DNA of 60,161 nt from Candidatus Daviesbacteria bacterium (GCA_003519445.1 DOWS01000020.1:1-60161), one strand, 5' to 3'; counted from the first letter of the stretch, positions 46,965 to 57,644 are shown. Notes: generated from the sequence alone by a model not told the origin. Program-made: numbers and translations.

Positions 46965-49385
46965 TTAGGCCAAATAAGCAGGTTGAAGGGGAAGCGGCTT
47001 GATGATTTTTGGTTGAGGGGATCTAATTAAGGCCTCTTTTAATACATCATCCATATGTTTGACAAAAACAAATTTTAGATCTTTTTGCACATAATCTGGA
47101 ATATCTTCCAAATCCTTTTGATTATCCAGTGGGGCAATAATAGTTTTTACTCCTGCGCGATGAGCGGCCAATATCTTTTCTTTAAACCCGCCAATTTCCA
47201 AAACCCGACCCCGTAAAGTCACTTCCCCTGTCATGGCTACTTCTTTATGAACCGGAATTTTGGTAAATGCGGAAACAATAGCAGTGGTTAAAGTAATACC
47301 TGCTGACGGCCCGTCTTTAGGAATAGCCCCTTCCGGCACATGCACATGCACATCAACTTTTTGGAAAAACCGCTCCGGCAAACCAAGAGAAGTCCAATGA
47401 GCCCTAACATAACTCATGGCAGCCTGACCCGATTCTTTCATCACATCCCCCAGCTGACCTGTGAGGAGCAATCCGCCTTTACCCGGCATCAGGGTTACCT
47501 CAATAAAAAGCACTTCTCCCCCTGCCTCTGTCACGGAAAGACCTGTCACCATACCCACCTCATCTTCTTTTTCAGCCAAAATCGGTAAAAACTTAATTGG
47601 TCCCAAAAACTTATGTATATCATCCGGAGCAATAGCAAAATTTTTGGCCTCACCATTTGCTTCAGCCACTTTTCTGGCCACTTTTCTGATCACGGCAGAC
47701 AATTCCCTTTCCAAATTCCTTACTCCGGCTTCCCTGGTATATTCTCTGATGAGTGAGTATATTGCCTCATCATTAAATTCAATCTGGTCTGGTTTTAACC
47801 CATGATTAGTAATTTGTTTTGGAATCAAAAACTTTTTGGCAATATGGAATTTTTCATCTTCTGTATAACCCGGGTAGCGGATTACTTCCAATCTGTCTCT
47901 TAAAGCAAAGGGGATGGTATCCAAAATATTGGCAGTGGTGATAAACATCACATTGGACAAATCATACGGCACTTCCAGATAATGGTCGGAAAATCCTTCG
48001 TTTTGTTCAGGATCCAAAGCTTCCAAAAGCGCTGCCGAAGGATCGCCGCGGTAATCCGCCCCCAGTTTATCCAGTTCATCCAGCATAAATACCGGGTTAG
48101 AGGCGCCTGCCTGTTTAATTCCCTGGATAATCCTTCCCGGCATACTGCCTACATAAGTCCTTCTGTGGCCTCTTATCTCTGCTTCATCCCTGATCCCCCC
48201 CAAGGAAACTTTGACAAATTTTCTATTTAAGGCCTTGGCAATTGATTTACCGATTGAGGTTTTACCTGTCCCGGGAGGCCCGACAAAACAAAGTATCGGA
48301 CCCTTCATTTTGCCTGCCAATTTATGAACAGCCAGAAACTCTATGATTCTTTCTTTAACTTTTTTTAACCCGTAATGATCTTCATCCAAAATTCCTTCTG
48401 CTTTTTTAAGGTCAACTTTTGATCCTTTTCCAGCTCTCCATGGCATATCAGTCAACCACTCTATATAATTCCGGATATAACCTGCTTCAGGATTGTAAGA
48501 AGACATTTTAGCCAACCTTCCCAGTTCTTTTTTAGCCCGCTCCTGCACCTCTTTGGTCATGCCGGCTTTTTTAATCTTCAGCTCAAACTCTTTGATTTCA
48601 CTATGCTCACCTTCTCCTCCTCCTAATTCCTCCTCAATGCTTTTCATCTGTTCACGCAGAATAGTCTCTTTGGTCATGCGGGAAACCCGCTCCTGGGTTT
48701 GCTGGTTTAGTTTCTGGGAAATCTCCATAATTCTGATCTCTTTGGCCAGCAATTCGGAAAGCCGCTGCAAACGCTCTGCCGCCCCCACCATCTCCAGGAT
48801 TTGCTGTTTATCAATGGTTTTAAAATCAATGGCTTGAGCAACTGAGTTAACCAGATGATTAGGATCATCGCTATAGGTAAAAAGCGACCAGTTAGCCAAA
48901 TTGGCTTGATCAAAAAAAGGATTACCTCCCAGCTCCAGAAACCTCTTAACCTGATCTCTAACTGTCCGGATCAGCGCTTCTGTTTGTTCGCTTTTTTCAT
49001 AAAGCTCGGGGATTTCTTCAATTTCAGCCTCAAGATAGGAATCGGTTCTAATAAAGTTTTTAATATAAACCCTAGCTATGCCTTCTGCCTGCAGAGTATA
49101 TTCGCCTTCAGGATTTTTCACTACCCTGCGGATCAAACAAACAGTACCTACTCTATAAAGATCTTTTTCTCCCGGATCTTCAATGCGGGAGTTTTTTTGG
49201 GTCACGAAAACAATTAACTTATCCATATTCCAAGCTACATCCAGCGCTGCTTTGGATTTGGGCCGTCCGGAGATAATAGGTACGGAGTTGCCCGGGAAAA
49301 TAACCGTATCTCGAAGCGGTCCTATCGGCATGGTAGGCTTAAATTTGATTGGTTCTTGTATAAATGGTTTTAAAGAATCAGGCAT
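46965..49385 (-). CDS. lon: ATP-dependent protease Lon
   Basis: [26 protein letters not shown]. Confidence 0.98.
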   Translation of the reverse strand: MPDSLKPFIQEPIKFKPTMPIGPLRDTVIFPGNSVPIISGRPKSKAALDVAWNMDKLIVFVTQKNSRIEDPGEKDLYRVGTVCLIRRVVKNPEGEYTLQAEGIARVYIKNFIRTDSYLEAEIEEIPELYEKSEQTEALIRTVRDQVKRFLELGGNPFFDQANLANWSLFTYSDDPNHLVNSVAQAIDFKTIDKQQILEMVGAAERLQRLSELLAKEIRIMEISQKLNQQTQERVSRMTKETILREQMKSIEEELGGGEGEHSEIKEFELKIKKAGMTKEVQERAKKELGRLAKMSSYNPEAGYIRNYIEWLTDMPWRAGKGSKVDLKKAEGILDEDHYGLKKVKERIIEFLAVHKLAGKMKGPILCFVGPPGTGKTSIGKSIAKALNRKFVKVSLGGIRDEAEIRGHRRTYVGSMPGRIIQGIKQAGASNPVFMLDELDKLGADYRGDPSAALLEALDPEQNEGFSDHYLEVPYDLSNVMFITTANILDTIPFALRDRLEVIRYPGYTEDEKFHIAKKFLIPKQITNHGLKPDQIEFNDEAIYSLIREYTREAGVRNLERELSAVIRKVARKVAEANGEAKNFAIAPDDIHKFLGPIKFLPILAEKEDEVGMVTGLSVTEAGGEVLFIEVTLMPGKGGLLLTGQLGDVMKESGQAAMSYVRAHWTSLGLPERFFQKVDVHVHVPEGAIPKDGPSAGITLTTAIVSAFTKIPVHKEVAMTGEVTLRGRVLEIGGFKEKILAAHRAGVKTIIAPLDNQKDLEDIPDYVQKDLKFVFVKHMDDVLKEALIRSPQPKIIKPLPLQPAYLA

Positions 49386-49417
49386 AGTTATTATTTAGCA
49401 GATTAACATAAAGAGTG

Positions 49418-49951
49418 CTAAAAGTCAATACCTCTTTTAGCCAAAATCCCTTTTTGAAAAGGATGTTTTATTTCTCTCATTTCCGTAGCCAAATCTGCCA
49501 TGTTAATCAATTCCTCCGGCGCATGATGGCCTGTCAGGACTAAATCCACTTGAGTAGGCTTATCCTTAATTAGCTTAACAGCTTTTGATAAAGGAAGCAA
49601 CTTTGAAGAAACAGCCCCTATTAGCTCATCTGCCACTATCACATTCCATTTACCAGATACCAGTTCCTTATATAATAAATCAAAAGTCTCTTTGGCCGCT
49701 TTCTTATGTTCCGCAAGAGGCAGTTTATCCCCTAAAATTTTGACAAAACCTTTTCCTCCCTGAATAATTTTTACCAAAGGGGAAAGTTTTTTAATTCCCG
49801 CTATCTCACCTGTAAACCAGATCTTGCCAAACTGCACTATTAAACATTTCCTCTTATACCCAACAGCCCGCAAAACCAGTCCCAGCGCTGCTGTTGTTTT
49901 CCCCTTGCCTTCACCGGTATATAAAATAACCAGTCCTTTTTCATCACTCAT
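49418..49951 (-). CDS. cobO: Cob(I)alamin adenosyltransferase (CobO/BtuR)
   Basis: YTGEGKGKTTAALG..LRA.G, DE, VLTG, KHPF.KG..A.RGIDF. Confidence 0.9.
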   Translation of the reverse strand: MSDEKGLVILYTGEGKGKTTAALGLVLRAVGYKRKCLIVQFGKIWFTGEIAGIKKLSPLVKIIQGGKGFVKILGDKLPLAEHKKAAKETFDLLYKELVSGKWNVIVADELIGAVSSKLLPLSKAVKLIKDKPTQVDLVLTGHHAPEELINMADLATEMREIKHPFQKGILAKRGIDF

Positions 49952-49988
49952 GAGCCAATTCTAGCAAATATTCTACTGCATCAAATTT

Positions 49989-50024
49989 ACACCCTTGGGG
50001 TGGAATAGGTTGACACCTGCGGAT
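49989..50024 (+). repeat. 36-bp REP-like repeat upstream of RAYT; contains its -35 box
   Basis: ACACCCTTGGGGTGGAATAGGTTGACACCTGCGGAT; TTGACA(50010)-17-TATATT(50033). Confidence 0.93.
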
Positions 50025-50047
50025 TTTTGGATTATATTAGCCTTAAT

Positions 50048-50695
50048 ATGCCTTCAAGAGTTATACCATTTATTAACGGGCAAATATACCATGTTTATAA
50101 TCGCGGAACTGAAAAAAGAAGAATATTTGAAACCCAGCGTGATTATCAAAGATTTCTAAAAACTCTTAATTATTATCATTTAGAAGGGTCAAAGCCAAAG
50201 TTTTCGCAATTTTCCCCAACCAAATCTTTTAAACCAGATTTATCTAAAAAAATAGTAGAAATAATGGCTTATTGCTTAATGCCTAATCACTTCCATTTAC
50301 TTCTAAAACAAGTTCGGGAAGGGGGGATAACTGAATCAGTAAGTAAATTATCAAATAGTTATACAAAGTATTTTAATATTAAACACAGAAGGACCGGATT
50401 ACTGTTACAAGGAGAGTTCAAGTCAGTATTAATAGAAAGCGGCGAACAACTAATCCATGTCTCGCGCTATATCCACCTAAACCCTATCGCCTCTTTTCTT
50501 GTTAAGAATTTGAATGATTATCAATGGTCTTCTTATAAAGAGTATGTTAATAATTTAAAGGGTTTCTGTACAAAAGATGAGGTTTTAGGTTTTTTTAAAC
50601 CTGTCAAATCTTATGAGCAATTTTGTTTAGATCAAGTTTCCTATGCTCAAAGTCTTGAAAGGATTAAACACGCCCTGATTGATATTAACGGTTAA
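50048..50695 (+). mobile_element. REP-associated tyrosine transposase (RAYT, Y1 HUH family)
   Basis: YHVYNRG, AYCLMPNHFHLLL (HUH), SRYIHLNP, WSSY; flanked by REP-like repeats. Confidence 0.92.
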
Positions 50696-50705
50696 TTTTT
50701 TATTG

Positions 50706-50741
50706 ACACCCTTGGGGTGGTATAGGTTGACACCTGCGGAT
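50706..50741 (+). repeat. 36-bp REP-like repeat downstream of RAYT
   Basis: ACACCCTTGGGGTGGTATAGGTTGACACCTGCGGAT; 1 mismatch to upstream copy. Confidence 0.93.
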
Positions 50742-50774
50742 TTTTCTGTATTTTTGTGCTTGTAATTTGGAAAG

Positions 50775-51014
50775 TTAAAATATAATTTTCATTATCGCAA
50801 CTAAGGCTATTATTGCCCAAATTAAATTCAATATACCTGATTGATAAACTCTTTTATAAAATGAAACTGCTACTATTCCTGCTGCACCAGTAAAATTTAA
50901 TATTTGATAGAGTAAATCAGTGGGTTTGATAACAGAAAAACTGGATAATGCAAAGGCTGTTATTATGGATATAGTCCCATACCACCCCCCCCATTCAATT
51001 AAAGACTTTTGCAT
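50775..51014 (-). CDS. Small 3-TM membrane protein (CBU_0592-like)
   Basis: GWYG....I.AFAL.S, YQILN..GA.G, LN.IW..I. Confidence 0.75.
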   Translation of the reverse strand: MQKSLIEWGGWYGTISIITAFALSSFSVIKPTDLLYQILNFTGAAGIVAVSFYKRVYQSGILNLIWAIIALVAIMKIIF

Positions 51015-51026
51015 TATTCTAATATT

Positions 51027-53624
51027 CTAACACATGGAATAACCACAGGAGTGGCATTTTTTGCAGCCTTCTTCCATCACAAAAGAAACACTGCCGCATT
51101 CCGGACAAAGATCAACATTTGTAGAAGGAGTTAAATTTAAAGGAACTTGTTCCACTTCTTCCTCTTTTAAACCATTAAGCGCCAAATCTTCCGCCAACAC
51201 TTTTGCTATAGCATCTGCCAAACTCATTACCCTATTTTTACCAAATCCCACAGAAGATGCCCCACCAATACCTTTGAGCTGGTTGACAATCGCTGCTGCC
51301 ACTTCTTTAGGATCTGCAGGGTGACCATTTCTACCTAATCTTAAAGACAGCGAAACCAATCTTCCCATAGCTTCCGCATCAGCCATGGTATGCATCCCGC
51401 CTTTACCTACTGTAATAAATACCTCAAAAGGGTGATCCTGCTCATCTCTGTTAATAGTAATAAATGCCTCACCCACAGGAGTAGAGATTTTGTAAGTTCT
51501 GCCACGGAGTATCATTGGCCGCTGGGCTACCGGAACTACCTGATCCTTATTAAGGGTAGATGATACATTTAAAACCTGAATGCTTTTGGATCCATCCCTA
51601 TAAATAGTGATTCCACTGCAACCTGTTTCATAAGCCATCATGTATGCAGTTTTCACATCGTCACGGGTGGCACTGTTTGGAAGATTTATTGTTTTAGAAA
51701 CTCCATTATCTGTATATGCCTGAAAAGCTGCCTGCATTTTAACATGCCATGTTGGCTCAATTTCTTGTGCTGTCACAAAAACTTTCTGCCAATCTATTGG
51801 CACATCGTCAAGGCCAGCTACAGACCCATGTTCTAAAACTTTAGCTGCCAGGTCGTCGCTATAAAACCCTTCCCTTTTAGCAATATCTGTAAAAGTCTGA
51901 TTGGCAATAGTTAGTGTCCTATATTCATCACCTTTTGATTTAGCTTTATGGATATAGGCCAAAGCAAAAACCGGTTCAATGCCGGAAGAACAATCTCCGA
52001 TAATAGAAATAGTGCCTGTTGGGGCAATTGTGGTAATTGTTGAATTTCTGATTTGTTTATTGCCCATATAAGCTTTTGACTGCGGCCGATTTTTAAAGGC
52101 AATAGAGTGTTTATCTGCATAAATTGAGTGTTGCCAATTTGGGAAAGCCCCTCTTTCCACAGCCAACTCCTCTGACATCTGATGTCCTTCTTCATTGATA
52201 AATTTCATTACTTTTTCTGCCAGCTCCAAGGCTTGATCAGAATTATATTGAATTTTTAATTTAAAAAGCATATCTGCAAAACCCATTACTCCCAGCCCTA
52301 TTCTTCTATTACCGTGTACTTCATCATAAATCTGTTTCAGGGTATAAGGGTTTGTTTGCACCACATTATCCAAAAAGTGCACTGCCAGTTTTGTTATCTG
52401 ACCTAATCTTTCCCAATCCACACCTGATCCGTCTTCTAAAACAAATTTGCCCAGATTTATAGAACCCAAATTACAAGCATCCCATGGCGCCAGAGGTTGC
52501 TCGCCGCATGGATTTGTGCTCTCTATTGTTTCCAAGGAAGGCACAGGATTAGCAGGAGAATCATTAATCCTGTCAATAAATATCAGTCCCGGGTCTCCGG
52601 TTTTCCAAGCCCGTTCAATAATCTCATCAAAAACCTCTCTTGCATTGAATTTACCAACCACTTTTTTACTGTCAGGATTCACTAAATTAAAATCTTCGCC
52701 TTTTTCCAAAGCTTCCATAAATTTATTTGTCACTGCCACTGAAATATTAAAATTGGCAATCTGTTTATCCAAAAGCAAAGTTTTAACAAAGTCTCTGGCA
52801 GAATCATCCGGCAAAAGCGGAGCAATACCCTCGTAAACCGGTTTGTTTAAGTCATCCAATTCTGCCTTACACCTGATAAATTCTAAAATATCAGGATGGT
52901 CAATCCGCAAAATCCCCATATTAGCCCCTCTTCTGGTCCCACCCTGTTTAATAGATTCTGTGGCAGCATTAAAAACCCGCAAAAACGAAACCGGGCCGGA
53001 GGCCACACCGCCTGTAGTATTAACAATACTGCCCGCAGGTCTAACTCTTGAGAAAGCAAACCCTGTTCCTCCTCCTGTTTGGTGAATCAAAGCCGCATAT
53101 TTTATGGAATCAAATATTTCAGGAAGCGAATCCCCTACAGGAAGCACAAAACAAGCAGAATACTGTAAACCGTTTTGTTTCCCTGCATTCATTATTGTTG
53201 GGGAATTAGGCAAAAATTCTTGACTAACCATCGTTTTGTAAAACTCAACAGCTTTTTGTTGAACTTGTTTCTCGCTTGCTCCAAAATCAAAATCTCCGGA
53301 GGCAATATCATATGCAATATGCCAAAATCTCTCTGCCACTCCCTCCACTACTTCCAAATTTCCACCCTTAAGAAGATATCTTTCTAGTAAAATTTTATTT
53401 GAACTTTCGGAAAATGTGGGAGTAGGTAGATCTGCAGGCATGGGCGGAATTTTTTTGTAACGGGGAACAAATCTTGTTTCAAAACTCCTGTTGTTTCGGT
53501 CCAGTCCATTATGCTTACCATTGGTTTTTCTCTCACCATTTATCTTTCTTTTCTCTATGCTTCTCGGTAAAGAAATTATCTGCAGTATTGGTTTTGTTTG
53601 AATTTGTTTTTTTACTTTTTGCAT
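51027..53624 (-). CDS. nrdJ: Class II (adenosylcobalamin-dependent) ribonucleotide reductase with C-terminal TSCPD-like and Zn-ribbon domains
   Basis: PNSPT.MNAG, SACFV, TNPCGEQ, CNLGS, TIAPTGTIS; C-terminal CPEC...CHSCGYSMC; no nrdB nearby. Confidence 0.93.
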   Translation of the reverse strand: MQKVKKQIQTKPILQIISLPRSIEKRKINGERKTNGKHNGLDRNNRSFETRFVPRYKKIPPMPADLPTPTFSESSNKILLERYLLKGGNLEVVEGVAERFWHIAYDIASGDFDFGASEKQVQQKAVEFYKTMVSQEFLPNSPTIMNAGKQNGLQYSACFVLPVGDSLPEIFDSIKYAALIHQTGGGTGFAFSRVRPAGSIVNTTGGVASGPVSFLRVFNAATESIKQGGTRRGANMGILRIDHPDILEFIRCKAELDDLNKPVYEGIAPLLPDDSARDFVKTLLLDKQIANFNISVAVTNKFMEALEKGEDFNLVNPDSKKVVGKFNAREVFDEIIERAWKTGDPGLIFIDRINDSPANPVPSLETIESTNPCGEQPLAPWDACNLGSINLGKFVLEDGSGVDWERLGQITKLAVHFLDNVVQTNPYTLKQIYDEVHGNRRIGLGVMGFADMLFKLKIQYNSDQALELAEKVMKFINEEGHQMSEELAVERGAFPNWQHSIYADKHSIAFKNRPQSKAYMGNKQIRNSTITTIAPTGTISIIGDCSSGIEPVFALAYIHKAKSKGDEYRTLTIANQTFTDIAKREGFYSDDLAAKVLEHGSVAGLDDVPIDWQKVFVTAQEIEPTWHVKMQAAFQAYTDNGVSKTINLPNSATRDDVKTAYMMAYETGCSGITIYRDGSKSIQVLNVSSTLNKDQVVPVAQRPMILRGRTYKISTPVGEAFITINRDEQDHPFEVFITVGKGGMHTMADAEAMGRLVSLSLRLGRNGHPADPKEVAAAIVNQLKGIGGASSVGFGKNRVMSLADAIAKVLAEDLALNGLKEEEVEQVPLNLTPSTNVDLCPECGSVSFVMEEGCKKCHSCGYSMC

Positions 53625-53635
53625 ATTTTTTAAAA

Positions 53636-53667
53636 CTATACCCTGTACGCTAAACCCTATACCCTAA
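53636..53667. repeat. Heptamer tandem array between nrdR and nrdJ
   Basis: CTATACC CTGTACG CTAAACC CTATACC CTAA. Confidence 0.75.
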
Positions 53668-54108
53668 CTAAAGTGTTTCTAATTCCTTTTTAAAATCTTT
53701 TGTGTCGGAAAAAGTCCTATACACGCTTGCAAACCGCAAATAAGCAACCGGGTCCAATTTTTTCAGTTCCGAGAGTACCCATTTACCTAAAGTTTGCGAT
53801 GGCACCTCCTGTATTCTTTTTGCTCTAATCCTACCCTCTATTTTGTCAAGAATCCTAGCTACTTTCTCAAGCCCAGGTCTTTTTTCTAAAGCTCGCGATA
53901 AACCTACCTGCAGTTTCTCCCTTGCAAAAGGCTCTTTTTTCCCGTCCTTTTTAATTACCAATATTTCAATAGCAGAGATTATTTCGTAAGTTGTAAAGCG
54001 CTTTCCGCATTTTAAACATTCCCTGCGCCGCCTGATTTCCCCCCGGCTATCAACCGATCTTTTATCTACTACCTTGCTTAAAAAACTTTGACAAAATGGA
54101 CATTTCAC
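53668..54108 (-). CDS. nrdR: Transcriptional repressor NrdR
   Basis: CPFC, RRRRECLKC..RFTTYE, ATP cone, VAYLRFASVY. Confidence 0.96.
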   Translation of the reverse strand: MKCPFCQSFLSKVVDKRSVDSRGEIRRRRECLKCGKRFTTYEIISAIEILVIKKDGKKEPFAREKLQVGLSRALEKRPGLEKVARILDKIEGRIRAKRIQEVPSQTLGKWVLSELKKLDPVAYLRFASVYRTFSDTKDFKKELETL

Positions 54109-54152
54109 AAAACCTATTTTAGCATAACATGTTGGTATCTTAAAGTGTCAAT

Positions 54153-54168
54153 ATACAATATATTGTGT
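54153..54168 (-). promoter_or_regulatory. NrdR box
   Basis: ACACAATATATTGTAT on minus strand matches the NrdR palindrome; weaker second box near 54122-54137. Confidence 0.8.
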
Positions 54169-54180
54169 AAAAAGCAATTT

Positions 54181-54242
54181 GTCATTCTGAGGCCGAAGGC
54201 CGAAGAATCTAATTAGATCCTTCGCTAATCGCTCAGGATGAC
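54181..54242. repeat. 62-bp long-hairpin palindromic element
   Basis: GTCATTCTGAG...CGAAGAATCT-AATT-AGATCCTTCG...CTCAGGATGAC. Confidence 0.8.
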
Positions 54243-54248
54243 CGTGCA

Positions 54249-54947
54249 TCATTGTAAATTCTGCACGGTTACCTTTTTCATTATATCCCCTACTTCAATT
54301 TTTTCCACCACATCCATACCTAAAATAACATTAGCGAAAATAGTGTAATTTTTAGGAAGTTCCGGGCGATCTTCCAATAAAACAAAAAATTGACTGCCAT
54401 TAGTATTCGGACCCGCATTAGCCATAGCTACAATTCCTTTTTTGTAATCCCTGGTTATTGCCTCATTTGGAAAAATATAACCCGGTCCGCCTGTACCATT
54501 GCCTAATGGGTCTCCACCCTGGATTACAAAACCTTTTTCCACCCGGTGAAAATTCAACCCGTCATAAAAACCATTAGCCGCGAGAAATATGAAATTGGAA
54601 GCAGTCATTGGCGCATCAGCATAAATCTCCATCTCAAACATACCTTTGTTGGTTAAAACTTGAGCTTTTTTGTTCTTTAAAAATTCATCTTTCAAAATAC
54701 CCGGAAAAGTTCCTACTAATTTATTTTTGGCAAAAGGCAAACCAGAGGGTTGAGATTGAGATTGAGGTTGAACCACGGGTGAAGGAGATTGTTGAGGCTG
54801 ATTAAAAGTAAAATTAATATTACCTGGAGATGGAGTAGGTGAAGGTAAAACATTAATCTCCTGCTTAAATTTATTAAAAACAAAATAAGCAGCCGCACCT
54901 ATGATAAATACAATCAGCAATAATTTTAAAAGGTTTTGATTGGTCAC
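54249..54947 (-). CDS. Membrane-anchored cyclophilin-type peptidyl-prolyl isomerase
   Basis: FYDGL.FHRV, QGGDP.G.G.GGPGY, AMANAGPNTNGSQFF. Confidence 0.94.
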   Translation of the reverse strand: MTNQNLLKLLLIVFIIGAAAYFVFNKFKQEINVLPSPTPSPGNINFTFNQPQQSPSPVVQPQSQSQPSGLPFAKNKLVGTFPGILKDEFLKNKKAQVLTNKGMFEMEIYADAPMTASNFIFLAANGFYDGLNFHRVEKGFVIQGGDPLGNGTGGPGYIFPNEAITRDYKKGIVAMANAGPNTNGSQFFVLLEDRPELPKNYTIFANVILGMDVVEKIEVGDIMKKVTVQNLQ

Positions 54948-54952
54948 GGTTT

Positions 54953-55873
54953 CTATATAGCACTTAAAGAAAAGTTAAGCAAGTTTCTTGCCTCATCTCT
55001 TCTGGCTTGTGAACCCAAAAGCACTCCCAGCACCTCACGGCTTTCTTTACGGGCCAAAGTAATCAGAGTTAATCCTGCCTCCGGAGTGTAACCGGTTTTA
55101 AGTCCCACTACTCCCGGATAAGTTGTCAAAAGATTTATCCCCGAATACATATCATAGTCCTGATGGTTTTCTGTTACAGGCAAATAGATATACGGTGTCC
55201 TGGAAATCTCCACTATTTCTGGATAATGCTTAATTAAATACCGTGATAATATTGCCAGATCATAGGCGCTGGAGTATGAATTGTTCGAATCTTCATCCAA
55301 ACCCGTGGGGTTTACAAACAAGCTATCATTCATCCCCACCTGCTTGGCTTTAATATTCATTAGTTTTATAAACTCATCCTTATCTCCTGTTGTCCCCTCG
55401 CTCAAAACCTCTGCCGCGTCATTGGCAGAAATCAAAAATATTCCATATAACAACTCTTTTAAAGTTAGTTTTTCTCCGGCAATCAAAAGCATTTTGTCCG
55501 GCTCCATATCTGCCGCATATTGGGAAACAGTAAACTGATCATCCATATTTTTGTGTTCCAGGGCAATTAAAACAGTCATCACCTTAACTAACGAAGCAAT
55601 CGGCAATTTTTTATTGGGGTTTTTTGAATAAAATACCTGTCCGGTTTTTGTGTCAATAAATAAAGCTGCTTCCGCAGTCACTTTTGGTGCATCCAATTGC
55701 ACTGCATTTATATTTCCCGGAAACCACTGATTTATACCTAAAACTTTCTCCTGCACTGAAATAGGAGAGATTAGGTTTATCTCTCCTTTACTTAAGCTGC
55801 TGCTTAGTAAAACTAAAAGAAGAAAAATAAAAATAAATAAAAGTGCAGCCAATTTTTTCATGTAATTTTTCAT
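54953..55873 (-). CDS. D-alanyl-D-alanine carboxypeptidase (S11)
   Basis: SLVK, SAN, KTG catalytic motifs. Confidence 0.93.
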   Translation of the reverse strand: MKNYMKKLAALLFIFIFLLLVLLSSSLSKGEINLISPISVQEKVLGINQWFPGNINAVQLDAPKVTAEAALFIDTKTGQVFYSKNPNKKLPIASLVKVMTVLIALEHKNMDDQFTVSQYAADMEPDKMLLIAGEKLTLKELLYGIFLISANDAAEVLSEGTTGDKDEFIKLMNIKAKQVGMNDSLFVNPTGLDEDSNNSYSSAYDLAILSRYLIKHYPEIVEISRTPYIYLPVTENHQDYDMYSGINLLTTYPGVVGLKTGYTPEAGLTLITLARKESREVLGVLLGSQARRDEARNLLNFSLSAI

Positions 55874-55943
55874 CTTAATCTAAATTGCCACTTGACGTCC
55901 AGATTAAATTTATCTCACAATTAAATTACGGTTCGTAGACGGC

Positions 55944-56663
55944 GTGCCGGAATTTATGCTACACCGTCTCTTGCCGCTCTTAATCATTATCGGATTTTTA
56001 AGTTATGTTATTTTTAATTTCCAGAGTTTACGGCGGGATCTTGCGTATAAATTTGGCATTTCAGGAGATCCCACCACTTCATGTTGCACCAAAGAACAAG
56101 TTGAAAACTCCAGCGGCGATTTTGATGAAAATGCCTCAATTGCCATTTTCAACAATCAAGTAGTTGATTATCCGAAAACTTCTTTGGCTCAAAATCAAAA
56201 ATTGCCCAAACCGAATACTGCAGTACTTGGCACTACCAATGCTGCAGGAGAAGAAAAATGGATTGAGGTTTCTATACCGGAACAAAAAATCAGGGCGTGG
56301 GAGGGCAACAAAGTAGTGATGGAATTTCTGGTTTCTACCGGCAAATGGGCTCCTACTCCCAAAGGGGATTATAGAGTTTGGCATAAAACCAGAAGTCAGG
56401 CGATGTCGGGCGGATCCAAAGAATTAGGCACTTATTATTATTTGCCCAATGTACCAAACAATATGTTTTTTTACAAAGGCTATGCCATTCATGGGGCTTA
56501 CTGGCATAATAATTTTGGCCAACCCATGTCTCATGGATGTGTCAATTCCCCTTTAGCCAATGCAGCGGCTATTTTTGACTGGGCCGGGCCGGTTTTACCT
56601 GACGGAGTCAATGCCATCCACTCCACCCCTGAAAACCCGGGTACCCGGGTTTTAGTACATTAA
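55944..56663 (+). CDS. L,D-transpeptidase family protein
   Basis: VSTG, TP.G, AIHGAYWH...SHGCVN. Confidence 0.92.
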   Translation: MPEFMLHRLLPLLIIIGFLSYVIFNFQSLRRDLAYKFGISGDPTTSCCTKEQVENSSGDFDENASIAIFNNQVVDYPKTSLAQNQKLPKPNTAVLGTTNAAGEEKWIEVSIPEQKIRAWEGNKVVMEFLVSTGKWAPTPKGDYRVWHKTRSQAMSGGSKELGTYYYLPNVPNNMFFYKGYAIHGAYWHNNFGQPMSHGCVNSPLANAAAIFDWAGPVLPDGVNAIHSTPENPGTRVLVH

Positions 56664-57622
56664 CCTTCATGAATATTGGAAGTTTGTTGGTGGGGAACTT
56701 TGGAAAGATGCTCTGCCACCCTTAATCCGGTTTTGGCACCTTCTCCTGCTGCAATCACAATTTGTTCACCCCACTGGTCATTAACATCCCCACAAGCATA
56801 AATCCCCGGAACAGAGGTAGCACCGTAATTATCTACCTCGATTTCCCCTTTATCATTTTTATCAGTCAATTTGTCAAAAGAAGTTGAAGGTGTCCAGCCG
56901 ATTTCAATAAACACTCCTGAAACAGAAATTATTTGTTCCTCATTTGTTTGTTTGTTTTTTATTTTAATTCCCCCAACAGCCTGATCGCCTAAAATCTCCA
57001 AAGCTTCGTGATTATTTAAAATCTTAACCTTGGAAGAAGAAGTTACATTTTTCATTAAAATCTCATCTCCGCGAAGAGCATCTGTAATATTAATAATAGT
57101 GACGGATCGGGCCACCTTTTGCAAAACAAATGCCGCGTCTAAAGCAGAATTTCCACCACCTACCACTGCCACTTGCTTTTCCCTGTAAAAAGGCGCATCA
57201 CAGGTTGTGCAGGTTGCTACTCCTTTTCCAAGCAGTTCTTTCTCACCCGGGATACCCAACATCTTGGGGATTCTGCCGGAGGCAATTATTACTGTTTTAC
57301 CATGATACTCTTTTTCATCTGAAGTTTTGACTAAGAAATCCGGATCTGCACCGGATAAATCAACTACCTCAACTCCCTCTTTAATCCACAGTCCGTCATT
57401 TTCAAAATTCATCAATTCTTCTTTAAACTTCTTGGCTAAATCCGCTCCGGTAATCATGGTAAATCCAGGATAGTTTTCCACATCGCCAGACAGCGCTGCC
57501 TGCCCGCCAATATTTTTGGTCAGCATTAAAACTTTCAAATTTTTTCTAACCGTATAAATGGCAGCTGTAATACCTGATGCTCCTCCGCCAATAATCACAG
57601 TATCAAAGAATTGTGAATCCAC
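56660..57622 (-). CDS. Thioredoxin reductase / AhpF-like disulfide reductase
   Basis: GGGASG, CTTCD, GGGNSA, GD; GTG 57622 lies 6 nt after TGgTATCAT. Confidence 0.9.
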   Translation of the reverse strand: MDSQFFDTVIIGGGASGITAAIYTVRKNLKVLMLTKNIGGQAALSGDVENYPGFTMITGADLAKKFKEELMNFENDGLWIKEGVEVVDLSGADPDFLVKTSDEKEYHGKTVIIASGRIPKMLGIPGEKELLGKGVATCTTCDAPFYREKQVAVVGGGNSALDAAFVLQKVARSVTIINITDALRGDEILMKNVTSSSKVKILNNHEALEILGDQAVGGIKIKNKQTNEEQIISVSGVFIEIGWTPSTSFDKLTDKNDKGEIEVDNYGATSVPGIYACGDVNDQWGEQIVIAAGEGAKTGLRVAEHLSKVPHQQTSNIHEG

Positions 57623-57644
57623 GTAAATATGATACCATAAATTT
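57623..57644. promoter_or_regulatory. Bidirectional overlapping extended -10 promoter
   Basis: TGaTACCAT-6nt-ATG on plus strand and TGgTATCAT-6nt-GTG on minus strand. Confidence 0.65.

Noticed and set aside
31141..50741. CRISPR array from the 36-bp repeats
   Set aside because: Copies are dispersed rather than regularly spaced, and no cas genes are present
51027..53624. Intein or intron in nrdJ
   Set aside because: Continuous ORF of ordinary length with no intein terminal motifs or homing endonuclease
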